From positions 186,001 through 250,000 of the forward strand of contig RHPI01002262.1 in the NCBI GenBank assembly GCA_009103225.1: a stretch of 64,000 bases of DNA. The letters run 5' to 3'. The notes beneath the pieces are model-generated. The model searched no databases and was not told where the DNA came from. It worked only from the letters and a program-made list of their open reading frames with translations. Both the position numbers and the translations under genes were made by a program. This document shows positions 12,961 to 24,889 of the stretch, in pieces (within the stretch, counting starts at the first letter, position 1; every line of letters starts with the position of its first letter). Source of the DNA: Chlorokybus atmophyticus (Eukaryota; Plantae; Mesostigma and Chlorokybus algae).

Positions 12961-14467
12961 AGTGCTTGTTTGTGTTTGTGTGTTAGATCTTTAACTGTAG
13001 TGTGGTACATTAGTAGAGTAACGTCTCTCATTTTTGTCTTGCAGTCTGTGACTGCTTTGATACCAATAAAGTGTTCTGAGAATTGCTGCCTCTCTGCTTG
13101 TGTGAGGATCTGTTCTCCATTGCATGGTCGTGATGTGCTGCTTAGCACATGAGCACCTATCTTCATTGACCAACCCCTATGAGCTTTGATAATTTCTCCC
13201 CCGATATTGTGCCAACACTGTTGCAGTGTCCTCTGATGCATACACCTCGCTTGCTCGTAAGTGCAAATGCACACTCCAGAGTTACATAGCTTCAACCGAG
13301 GACATGCATAGTTACCCATACAGAAGTAAGGTAGTCTCAGCCGCGCGCGAGTGTCTACGCGCATGTTCATACCCACGTGCACAGATGTATAAGCGCATAG
13401 GTACAGTAGCACCTGCATACTCAGACGCACATGCATGCACATTCGCACGTTTACACACGCATGCACATGCGCGTGTACATGCCTGTGCACGCATGCGCCT
13501 GTGCATGCACATGAGCGTGACTCGCTTGCGCACGAACGCACGTGTGCAAGCTAGCTCACTCTGACTACTGCGCCATCTTATGCCATCTCTCTGTTCTCTC
13601 CGCCAGCCACAACAACCATGCACACAACAAGGCTGTCGCCTTCTATAGAGGCGTGCCTCACTCGGGCCCCCAAAACTCGCGCCAAAACAGGGAGGGTTGT
13701 GGCAATTGTATAAACGACACCACCACTACAGCAGTAACAGCAAAGTCCAAAAGCGGTCCAATGGCCATACCTACTCACAGCAACCTTCAACCATGATGAA
13801 TTGATCAATTGAATGAAAAACTGCATGCTGCAGCACGCAAACCACACACTGTTTCAAGTTACTCAACAAGCCCAACATCCTGCGCAACTCCGCATCTGCA
13901 CTACACAGCGTGCACACAACCGCAGCTATTGAAAGGCGTCCCCCAAAGTTAAGTTATGCAGCGCTCAGCCCCGTTTCTCACTAGGCAACACAGGCAGAAA
14001 CCCTGTTGCTCCTGACTGTTGATAACGCCAGCCTTTTGCATGAGAGCATGTACACCTCATCGTGCGTGGCCCAGCGCCCATGGCCACACGGGCAGCGCAG
14101 TAGGTGTGTGTCCCCTTGGGTGTCAATGGTGCACCCCACAGATCATTACGCACACAGTAGTGGCTGCAGCAACCCCGTAAGGCTGTGGTTTACCGGGGCT
14201 TGCTCTGTCTCGTTGTAGATGTGCATACATAAACTGGCATATGCCTGTGCAGTTGCACCCTCACTCAGTGCCATGTCTGTTGGATTACACATCAACGGCA
14301 AGTCCTCCCTACTCGTACACCTTTGAACCTCACTACTTCCCTCTACTGGCTTAGTCAACCAACAAGGATAGATATACAACATTACTCTTCTTTTCCTGTG
14401 ATACTGCTGGCGCTACTGCTGCTGGCCTCAGCAGAACCGGGCAAACCCACCTGCAAACGAAAAGAGA

Positions 14468-15820
14468 TTATCGACCATGGCTGGTGAGCTCTGGAGTCGT
14501 GTGATATTGTTAAAAAGGCACGTATCACAAGTCGAGTGACACATGTTACCTTCCAAGCATAGATGGTAGCCATGGCTATCACATCTGCCGAGTACACCGC
14601 GGCAAATGACTTCCAGAATATTGGCAGGGTGACATTGATGACAGGTATCAACAGGAACAAGATGTTGAGAGCGTCCTTCTCGGCTGCTTTGCAATCACGC
14701 GCACGCAGACCCGGCACCGCTGCAAATGACGGATACACGCGCGCGCACACAAGTACATCAGCATAGCATACAACAGCAAGTAACGACTACACGCAACATG
14801 TTGTTGCTGTTATTGCTACTAACAAGTGCAAGTTTCTCACCAAACATCCAGACGGACCACATGCCGATGAGTCTTGCAATAGACGGCCCTTCTGAGGGGA
14901 AAATCAGGTTGTACGACAGCAGGCCGCCTGCGGCGATGCCAAGTATGCTCTGCCATTCAAAGATGGAATATAGCAGCGTCCCGGGCTGCGCAGGGTTCTT
15001 CTGCTTGGTTGAAGACCTGTGGAATAAATGAATGAAGGAATGAACCTTTATCATATCATATAACAAGCTGCCACTGACTCGTCTTGAGACACCACTCGCT
15101 TATCGCATGCAGCAGCAGTGGCGATCAAGTATGGTTACACAACGCAATATTGAATGTTGCTACCAAGCAACATGCTACAGTGACATGATCAACAAACCAA
15201 TAGCAGTAAAGACAACCACAACAGCCTGCGTGTAAGCACAATGATCGCACACTCAAAGATATATTCACAAACAAACTCGAGTGCACTAACTGAGCACATT
15301 GATGAAGTAGCATACAGGCATACATGGAAATAGAGTTAGTACATGCGCACACACACAATCGTGCGTGCATACTCTTGTGCGCATGCGCACGAGCATGCAC
15401 GCGTACATTCACAACAAACAACCGACACACCAATTGACGAAGTGTCACCACAAGAAATATTGCACAATGCCCAGTACTAGCGCATTCATACACTACAATA
15501 AGCATTCACCTTGGCGCAAATGTGCCGGCAGCTTTGCGGGCAAACCTAGCGACGTCCTTCTCGAGCTCGCTGGCGCCGGCGCCGACCTCGCGCTTCTTGG
15601 CGGAGGTGGAGGCGGCGTCGTTGTCCTCGTCTGTCTTGGCCTGACTGACCTCCGTCTTGGCTGCGGCGGCGGCGCGGCGGGGGCTCAGCTTGTGCTTCCC
15701 GGGAGAATTGGCCTTGGCCTTGTGGCCTCCATGGTAGAAAAGAGGCAGAGGCAGGGTCACCCCGCCTGCAGCAGCCCTCAGTGCACCCACCGCCCCCCTA
15801 CTGCCCATCGCCGCCGCCAT
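14468..15820 (-). CDS. RPH1: RESISTANCE TO PHYTOPHTHORA 1-like chloroplast membrane protein; exons 15820-15510, 15016-14841, 14719-14550, short last exon ~14488-14468
   Basis: Transit peptide, then AAGTFAPRSSTKQKNPAQPGTLLYSIFEWQ..GGLLSYNLIFPSEGPSIARLIGMWSVWMFAVPGLRARDC..EKDALNILFLLIPVINV..PIFWKSFAAVYSAD..A...YAWK, matching my recollection of Arabidopsis RPH1. The last-exon acceptor is ambiguous. Confidence 0.9.
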
Positions 15821-15946
15821 TGCAACTCCTCCACCTCGTCGTCCTGCTCCTCGTCTTCTTCACCCTTCGCACTCTCTCTTCCTTTCCCTCCTCCTTCGCC
15901 GCCGCCGCCGCCGCCGCCGTCAACGCGTCCACGTGTCACGCTAACA

Positions 15947-15954
15947 AAACCCTA
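15947..15954. promoter_or_regulatory. Telo-box (AAACCCTA) in the RPH1/DUF4598 divergent promoter; G-box CACGTG nearby
   Basis: Exact AAACCCTA, with CCACGTGTC at about 15929-15937. Confidence 0.5.
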
Positions 15955-16077
15955 GCCTAAGCGCGATATCATATGCAAGCATGGCTGATATCTGAGTTTG
16001 ATAGAGTAGATTAATAGTAAGTAATATATGCTTGTATGTTACGCCTTGCCACATGCTTTCGGAGTATCGCTACAGCA

Positions 16078-17387
16078 ATGGCGGCGGTGGCGGCGGCGGC
16101 GGCGGAGGAGGGGGGGCCGGGGACGACGGGGTCATCGGCGTCAGCGGGGCCGTCGGTGGGGGTTCGGCGGAGCAAGGAGCTGCTTCAGGCGGAGACGTCG
16201 AGGCCCTTACGTAAGCCTTGGCTTGATTGCAAAAGCCTCTGCCGCAGGTGAATGCATGGCAAGAGACAGCAGCAATCCACATTGTGAGTGGCATAGGTTG
16301 AGAGCACACGCGTAAGGTTGACAAACTTTGTTTGTTGTGCTCTTTTCCAGCAAGTGGGCTGCTGTTGAGTAATAACGGATCAGTCAATGTGATTCGCGGG
16401 TGTGCCCCTGCTGGGGCTGCGCCAGCCTTTAGGACTCCTCAACCCAGCGCAGGTGTGTGTACTGGATATATGTCGAGTAACTTGCTTTATTGCTCCGTTG
16501 TCATTGGTTGGAGCATTTCTGCCACTGCACTGACCTCCAAAGCGACATGTATGTAGTGTGTGTGCATGCATGTGCGTAAGTAGCAGGTGTTTACGTGTAT
16601 GTGAAGTTCGCGGAGTTCTTGTCGACATAAGTCATGCCTGGCTTTGATAGTTATTTTCGTAACATTTGTCTTCCCTTCTCATGCAGTGATGTCAAGGCTT
16701 CAGGCTTTCCTGCCAGAACTTGCGCTGGCAAATGCACAACTGGAGGCAGCCATGCAGGTAATACATTCACGATTGACGCAACAACATTACTAGCAAGCAT
16801 GCAATGGGAGTTTAGAGCATGGTGAAGTTATGGCATGAAAACATTCTAAGTATACCCTATGACCATCCACTCAGGACCGGTCCGCATCTGAATTTGATAT
16901 TGAAGTCGCATCGGACGATCCCGAAGCTCAACAAGTGATCATGGTAAGAACTTCTGTTACGAGCCTACACGATAGACATACATGCCTTGCTGTTGAGGTG
17001 CTTACCACCCTGTACGATCACAAGTAATACTATGCTATGCATAGGATGTTGTCTTGGGAGTCGTATGAAAGCAAGCACAGAAAAATGATGTACAAAACAA
17101 CCACTTAGGATGTTGCGTTGGGAGTTGTGGAGTTGAAGAACGACGCTGCAGTCCAGGCGGCTGAGAGGGCGATATCGGGTGGTGGAGATGTTGATATACC
17201 GGCTGTAAATATGGCCAGTGAGGACAGCAGCAGTGATGATGGAAGCGATAGTGAGAGCGACATTAGTGATGGTGGTGATGTCGGTGAAGGCGAGAAAGAC
17301 CACAATGACGGTGAGGTTGTTGTTAACAAGGCGCAAGCAGGTGCTGATAGCAAAAAGCGCAAGAAGCCTGCCATTGAGGTTTTGTAG
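16078..17387 (+). CDS. DUF4598 / NOPCHAP1 (C12orf45)-like box C/D snoRNP assembly chaperone, multi-exon
   Basis: Spliced exons give VMSRLQAFLPELALANAQLEAAMQ-DRSASEFDIEV...QQVIM-DVALGVVELK, an acidic tract and C-terminal KKRKKPAIEVL, the DUF4598 pattern. The 5' exons are less certain. Confidence 0.75.
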
Positions 17388-18469
17388 GCACAGGGCTTGT
17401 TGTGTGTGTGTGGTTGGAGGTTGAAAGCTGTTTTTAGAGTTTAGAGTTAGGGTTAGCGGAGGTGACGTGTTTTTCTGAGGAGACATCTGTTGCTAGTGTG
17501 TTGTAAATTTCAAAGTTAGGCACACGCTTGTTCAGACGTCATCAACCAGTGCAAGTCATTGACTCTGATGCACAGCATGTCAAGGCGATCTTGCCAACAG
17601 GCCTAGTAACCCTTGGTTCACCTGGATGGGGTGCTTGTGTGCAGTACAGTATGCTCTTGCAACATCTGCCAGTAAATGGACATGAATCATCTAATCAAGT
17701 GACAAACGCCAAGTTTAGGTTGCTTGTTGATTGTTGTTGTTGTTGTTGTCTAGCTTGTGGTTTGTGGTCCAGTCAGCGATTGGTATAGCTAGCTGTGCTC
17801 TGGGCCCCCATATGTATGTCTTATGTGCGTTGTAATGCTATTGCGCTTGCTTGCGCATACTTGAAGAGTATGTTTGCGCACGCACTTTGCACTTGTGAGC
17901 TTTATGCTTGCAATAAACTGACGCTGTGAGTACCTTTCTGTCACCAACAGCGCAATTGCTTCAGATGTCTTGGCTACTAAGTTGCCAAGAGCGAAAAATG
18001 TCGGCTGTAGACTACAAACATTGCTGTGGCATTCACCTGCCATGCTTGTATGCCATGTACAGCTGATTGCGTAACTGTATGCAAGTCCTCCTTGCCGCAA
18101 GGCACCAGCTAATCGGCACAATACTTGAGCGTAGCAACAACCACAGCTGGAGAGCACCAGCAGCAATACTCTCCTTGACGACCAAATGCTTTTGAACTGC
18201 CACTGCTCAAGTACGATGTTGTTGCCACAACATGTAGACCTCGCTTGGCATGCTCCTAAGCAACAACTCCGCAGTGTTGCCGCGTCTGTGTCTCAGCTCG
18301 CATGTCACTCGATACCATGTGCTTGCAGCGCATCTGGCATTGCGAACCTTGCAACAACATAAGCAATGCCACCAACACAGCAACCTAAGCACAACCAACA
18401 CTTGGTTGGCATGCAACCACTACAATGACTTCTAGACGCTAAGCCATTCCAATACAATGACAGCAATCT

Positions 18470-21400
18470 TTACAGGATGAATTTTGAGAGGTCCGTCTTC
18501 AGCAACATGTCACCCACACACGTTTGTATGTGGGCTTTGTCAATAACGACAGCTTGACCCACTTTCTCTGGAGCACTGCACCACAAAGAAGTCCCCTGAG
18601 CAACACACAGGCATACCATATGTGGGTTTATGCACTTGTTGTGTCTCGTTACCTGAAAGAAATGTCTTCCACTACTCGTTCAAGTATTGTGTGCAAGCGT
18701 CGAGCTCCAATATTCTCGACCGACCGGTTGACTTCAGCAGCCACGCGCGCAATCTCTCGGATGGCATCATCGGAGAAAGTCAGCGTGACGCCTTCAGTCT
18801 CCAGCAGCAGCTGCTGTTGCTTTATGAGGTTATTCTCTGGCTCTGTGAGAATCCTGTACAAATCCTGTGCCAACAAAAGAGGAAAGTAAGCCGGAGACAG
18901 CAAGCAACCTCACACGCGGTGTCAAGTGCGTGAACATGCCTATGTGCATCTGACCTGGCGTGTGAGGCCCTTCAATTCAACGCGAATGGGAAGCCGGCCC
19001 TGAAGTTCGGCAAGCATGTCGCTGGGCTTGCAAGAATGGAATGCACCGCTTGCTATAAACAGAATGTGATCGGTGTTGACTGTACCATGCCGTGTCTGAA
19101 TCGCACTGAACACAGAGCGAGGAAGTTGTTGGTATATAACAGCATGAATTCAATTGAAGATACAATGTTACTGTCCAACATGTCATACGCAGGAAGAAAC
19201 CAACAACGGAATACTGGTTCTGCACTGCACCTGCCCTCAATGATGGGTAGCAGGTCGCGCTGCACGCCCTCTGAACTGGCATCAGCACCGTGCAGATGGT
19301 CGGAGGGAGTCACAATCTTGTCGATCTCATCAATGAAGACAATGCCGTCGGACTCGACCAACTGCCAGCACGGCATACCGCTTGGTTATGTTGCAAGGAC
19401 TCATGTACAAAACACATGCACTGCAGACAACCAACAACAAATGTCCACCTGAATGGCCTCCCTCTTAATTGCCTGATCATTCAGCAACCGTTCACCTTCC
19501 AAGTCCTCAAGCACTGGCCGCCACTCTGACACCTGGCATGATCAGAGTCAATGATTCACCGCCACATGCACAAACTCCATAGCATGGTGACAATAAAAGA
19601 CACTTACAGTCATTTTCTGCTTTTCGCCCGTGCCGCGCTTGAGAACCCTCAGCCCTCGTTCCAGAGAGTTCCAAAGCTCTGTGATGTCCCCGCCTTCCCC
19701 AAGCTATGGTCAATTGGCTGGTCAGTCGCGCACAGGTATTGCAATACAAGTCCACGGCGAACAAGTTGAGGCAATGGGAAGGTGTCAAGATGGGTACAGC
19801 TTACATTCACTTGTTTGCTTCGCGTCTCATTGGGAGACAGTTCTATTTCAATCTGCTGAGACTCAAGTCCACCCTGACGGAGGATAGCCCTGCCAGAAGC
19901 AGCGACGATGAGCAAGATTGAGAAATGACTAATCCGGCACAATCAGACCTCTGCATACCTGAAGCTTTCTCTGTCCCGGTCTTGTGTGCCAGCTGAGCTA
20001 TGCGTTGCGCCAACGATGCCATCAAGTAAGCGATTTTCGACAGCCTGCGCTACCTGCTCTTTCAGCCTTGTCTTTGCCTGCAATGCACAGTAGTGACAAG
20101 TAATGCAGCTGCTGCTTGCGTGCAAGCATTATGCAAACATAGTAACCTGCAGTGGTTGAACACCACACCTTTTGCCGCGTCAACTGAATTGCAATGTCTG
20201 CAAGATCACGTATAATCTGATCTACGTCTCGCCCGTGAAAGCCAACCTCTGTGAACTTTGTGGCTTCAACCTGTGATGTGACTGCATGTAAGTTCATGTT
20301 CATAGCACACGTTCAACATAACCACATCACATGCCTTGATGAAGGGTGCGTCAGCAAGCTTTGCGAGCCTGCGTGCAATCTCTGTTTTCCCACAACCCGT
20401 TGGTCCTGAGCGCGGATGCATCGGTTAGGCCTACACACATAAACCCAACAGACACAACGGCATTGCTGCGAGAGGAAATGCTGCACACTAATGCACCTAT
20501 CATCAGGATGTTCTTGGGCACAACCTCGTTGCGCAGTCCAGCTGGCACTCGATGCCTTCTCCAGCGATTGCCTGCGAGTATGTACAACAGCTGTTTATGC
20601 TGACACATGCACTCATGCACAAGCATGATTACCAGGCACTGCCTTGCTGCATTGTTGGCCTGAGATTGGCTTGCATGTGTAGTTTCCAACACATTTCAAC
20701 GTACGCAGAGCGATTGCAACAGCACGCTTGGCCTCGGCCTGGCCAATGATGTGGCGATCGAGCTGCTCCACAACAGCTCTTGGCGTCAGCATATCCAAAG
20801 CTTCACTGTTGCTCCAAGCTGCCGCACCGTTGTCTCCTCCCCGGCCAAAGGTAGGAGGACTCTCGAAGACATTATCAAGCCCATCACTGTCTCCATCATC
20901 CACGTCAACCCTATAAAACAGTAAAACCAATCATGTATAAGCAAACAACTAACGCATCAAATCCGTGACTAGCTGCACTGAAGGGCATGTGTTCTGTACC
21001 AGAGGCGATATCATGTTTAAACAACTGTGTGTAGACGCTGAGTATCATGGTACGCGCGATTGCCTTGCAACTGAGAGTCTCCCATGAACGAAGCACAACA
21101 TGGCACTGAACTGACGCTTGTCTGCGCTGCGCTGCCAGCATGCATGCTCAATTGTCAAGCAACGGAAGACAGCTAGAAATGGTTGTGTAGGTACATAGAG
21201 GCATATGACAACGATTTCAATGCCTGTCACCACCTGATTGCATGAAGATGTAACACCTAGCATGCAAGTATCCCAGTAACTGAATACTCCACGCTTCATG
21301 CATGCCAGCTGTCACACACACCATTGCAATATTCATGTAACACACACCCTGAAGCAGCAAGCGGCCGGCTTGTCGCAACAAAGCTCCTGCTGCTGCGGTA

Positions 21401-21550
21401 GGCAGCGGTAAGCCCTTGTGCTGAAGCCTGCGCTGATGTGGTGGCGGTCGTAGCAGCGGCGTTGCGCAGCACCGCAGACGACGATGATGAAGCCGGCAGC
21501 AGGGCGGAGCGAGCCAGCGCCGGCAGCGCCCTCGCCGCCCGCAACGCCAT
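18470..21550 (-). CDS. hslU: ATP-dependent protease ATPase subunit HslU/ClpY, mitochondrial-type presequence, ~11 exons
   Basis: [121 protein letters not shown], end DLSKFIL*. Confidence 0.97.
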
Positions 21551-21748
21551 GGACGTCCTTCGCCACTCCTTATTGCTTGCTTGCCTTTTGGCCCTCCAGC
21601 GTAACGCTGCACTAGCGTCACGCCAGCATGACGTTGCATCTTGCGTGATGCCATTACTACCACGGCACTATCACGTTGCAGTCGACCCGTCACACCAAAA
21701 CGCAGCAAGTGTGACGCTGGTTGCAGTGTGACGCTTGTCAGGCCAAGC

Positions 21749-24029
21749 ATGGCGAGCAACGGCGGCGGCGGCGGTGGTGGTGGGGAGCTGCTGGCGCTGG
21801 GCATTGAGGGCTCGGCCAACAAGATTGGAGTTGGTGTCGTCCGGCTGGACGGCTCTATCCTCGCCAACCCCCGCAAGACCTACATTACCCCTCCCGGCCA
21901 TGGCTTCCTGCCCAAGGAGACCGCTGTCCACCACCAGCGTGAGGTGCGCCTTGCTATGCTTTATATGCACAGACAAGCTTCACGTTGCATTCTGGAAGAA
22001 TCAGTAGATCTGCGTGCAATTGAAGCATCACCGGTTGAACTGCTCAGCTGCTTGGCCTGTGCCGTTAGGGTGCTTTAGCAGGACATCTTACCTTCTGCAT
22101 GACAGCTGTATGCTGGCTGCATGCTTCTCTCTCAAGCTTTCTCTCCTGTGCGGTTTGGTTGAGTTCTCTGTGGTTATAGTTGCTGCAAGCTGTAATTTTG
22201 CATATCCACCCAAGCTGCATGGCGGTGCGCAGGTGCTCAGTGTGGTGGAGGCGGCGCTAGAGGAAGCGGGCGTCACTCCGCAACAACTGGACTGCCTGTG
22301 CTACACAAAAGGGCCGGGGATGGGCGCCCCGTTACAGGTATGCAACGCATTGTTGAAGGCGCATTGTTGATCTGTTGTAGTAATGCTACGACAGCACTCT
22401 GCTGAATTTCGAGTATGGTCAGGGCCAACTCGGCACTTGCGCTTAGACTGCTGTCAGTTGGTATGCGTGCGCGCATGCATGTGCAAAGTGAGTGGTGGCA
22501 CGTGTGCACGTGAGTGGGTGCGCGCATCAAGGATTACCCTTTTCCATACCAACTACTTCAGCTCACTTAGGAGCCATAAACTATTCCCCTCATTCTGCTT
22601 TCAGGTGGGTGCAATTGTCGTGCGGGTGCTGTCGCAGCTGTGGAACAAGCCGATTATCGGTGTAAACCACTGCGTGGCGCACATTGAGATGGGTCGGATA
22701 GTCACGGGTGCTGAGGATCCAGTCGTGTTGTATGTTTCCGGCGGCAACACACAGGTACTGTAGGCACAAAGCTGCGCACATACTTGTGTAACTGCAGTGT
22801 AGGTGAGGGCGATGCGTGTTTGTTACAGGTCATTGCTTTCGCAGAGGGCAAGTATCGCATCTTTGGTGAGACCATCGACATCGCTGTTGGCAACTGTCTG
22901 GACAGATTTGCCCGCGTGCTGAACCTATCAAATGACCCCTCTCCCGGTTACAACATTGAGCAGCTAGCCAAGCAAGGCAAACAGGTGACCTTATGTCTCT
23001 CATGACTATAATTATGCATATGACTGTATCCGCATATGCTCTGTCGCACATGCTTTCATGTCCTGGACGCATTTTGCAAGGGGTATAACACCCAGTATGT
23101 GCTCGCCTCAAACGTTTCCTTTCACAAGATAATGCAATGTCTGTGTTGGCTGCTACTGTTGAGATTTGATCATTCTCTTGCAGTTTGTGGAGCTGCCATA
23201 TGTCGTGAAGGGGATGGATGTGTCGTTTAGCGGCATTCTGACGTATGCTGAGTCAGTCGCCACGGAGAAGTTGCAAAAGGGAGAGTGTACGCCTTCCGAC
23301 CTGTGCTTTTCCTTGCAGGTGACATTTGCAATTCCCACGTACTTGCGCAAATGCTCAGTCACATGCGTGCACACATACATGCACACATACCAGCTCATGC
23401 ACGCAAGCATCCGCGCACGCAAGCACGCACGCACGTCCATGCGCAAGCCATGTGCATGTATTTGCGCTTTTAAGACATGCTTGTTATGCAGGAAACTCTA
23501 TTTGCGATGCTTGTCGAGATTACAGAGCGAGCCATGGCGCACTGTCGCAAGAGGGATGTGCTCATAGGTAAGCGCTGCATCGTCATTGTTGCACTTCAAG
23601 AAGCCATAACCATCAATGCTCACAAATTGCTTTCGCCTACAGTGGGAGGGGTCGGTTGCAATGAGAGGTTACAGAAGATGATGAGCATAATGGTGTCTGA
23701 AAGGGGAGGTTACTTGTATGCTACGGACGACAGATACTGCGTCGACAACGGCGCTATGATTGCGTACACTGGCTTGCTTGCATACAGGTGGGTGTTACGC
23801 TTGGCTGTCTTGCTTGATTTTGCTTTGTAATAAACTGACGGCTTGCTCTGTTTGTATCTGATATTACCTACTGAGTTAATGTTAACTGTTGATATGTGTT
23901 TTGCACAGTCGGGGCCAAACAACGCCACTCTTGGATACAACTTGCACGCAGCGGTTCCGGACGGATGATGTGCTAGCCGTATGGAGGGATCAACCACCTG
24001 TGTTACCCAAGCCAGTGCCAGCGAGCTAA
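21749..24029 (+). CDS. KAE1: tRNA N6-adenosine threonylcarbamoyltransferase (KEOPS Kae1/OSGEP)
   Basis: [116 protein letters not shown]. Confidence 0.98.
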
Positions 24030-24889
24030 TAACGTGTAAAGTTTGGCACATCAACCTGAAAAGCAGTACGCTCAATAACACACAAGCCAGTGGTGCAGCA
24101 CACCGCAGTACCTGCCAGTTCGCAGTACCTGCCAGCAAGTTAGGAGTGGTGGGGGCAGCCACGTAGCTGTCTTAAGTGGTTCTGATTAAGGCTGCGCGGG
24201 AGTCACTTAGAGAGCGCTTTGTGCTTGGATGCGCACGATGGCAGCAAGCGCTCAGCAAGAACCAAAAACACTGGCTTGCTGCATCATCTGTATTCGTGCT
24301 GACCACTTGCTGAATTCATTGCTTTTGGTACTTTTCAGTTCGGCAAGTTTCGTACAAAGGCTCAGGAAGTTCTACAAAGTTGCGCCCCTATACTAGTAGG
24401 TTGATAAATTGATGGCCACCCTACGCAAAACCACTGCAAGATGGCACACATTCCTGCCTGTAAGCTGCACGCAGCCCTTGTCATTGCACATTGTGTGCTG
24501 GAATGGTGGTGTAAACACATCATATATGTACATAAAGTGCTGCATGCAACTGTGCATGCGCATCATGGTGTCAGCAACTTACAAGGGAATGAGATGCAGC
24601 CACACTACCTAATGCTTTGTGCCCACACTGGCACACCTCTTGTTGCGAGACCTGCAATCATGTAGACTGCAAACCCACTACACCATATACAAGCAACAAT
24701 GGACCATTGCAACAATTTCCACATACACGACTTCAATGCGTCCTGTTAGTCACACCATTTGTGCCCTGCATTGTACCAGTCCGACTGCTGCTGCGACGCA
24801 CCGGCGACCTGCCGCGTTAACAATGTCGAGGTCAGCACCGCATGACCAAGGATTTATTGTCACCCGGATGTTGTTGACTCAATATGTAC

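Larger units (their letters stand above)
11290..14700. repeat. Right arm of the inverted segmental duplication
   Basis: Reverse-complement match to 3300-6930, including the DRP gene, downstream intergenic DNA and the RPH1 3' exons. Confidence 0.95.

Noticed and set aside
17433-17458. TTTAGAG/TTAGGG run as an interstitial telomere
   Set aside because: Only about four degenerate units in a 3' UTR, too short to call.
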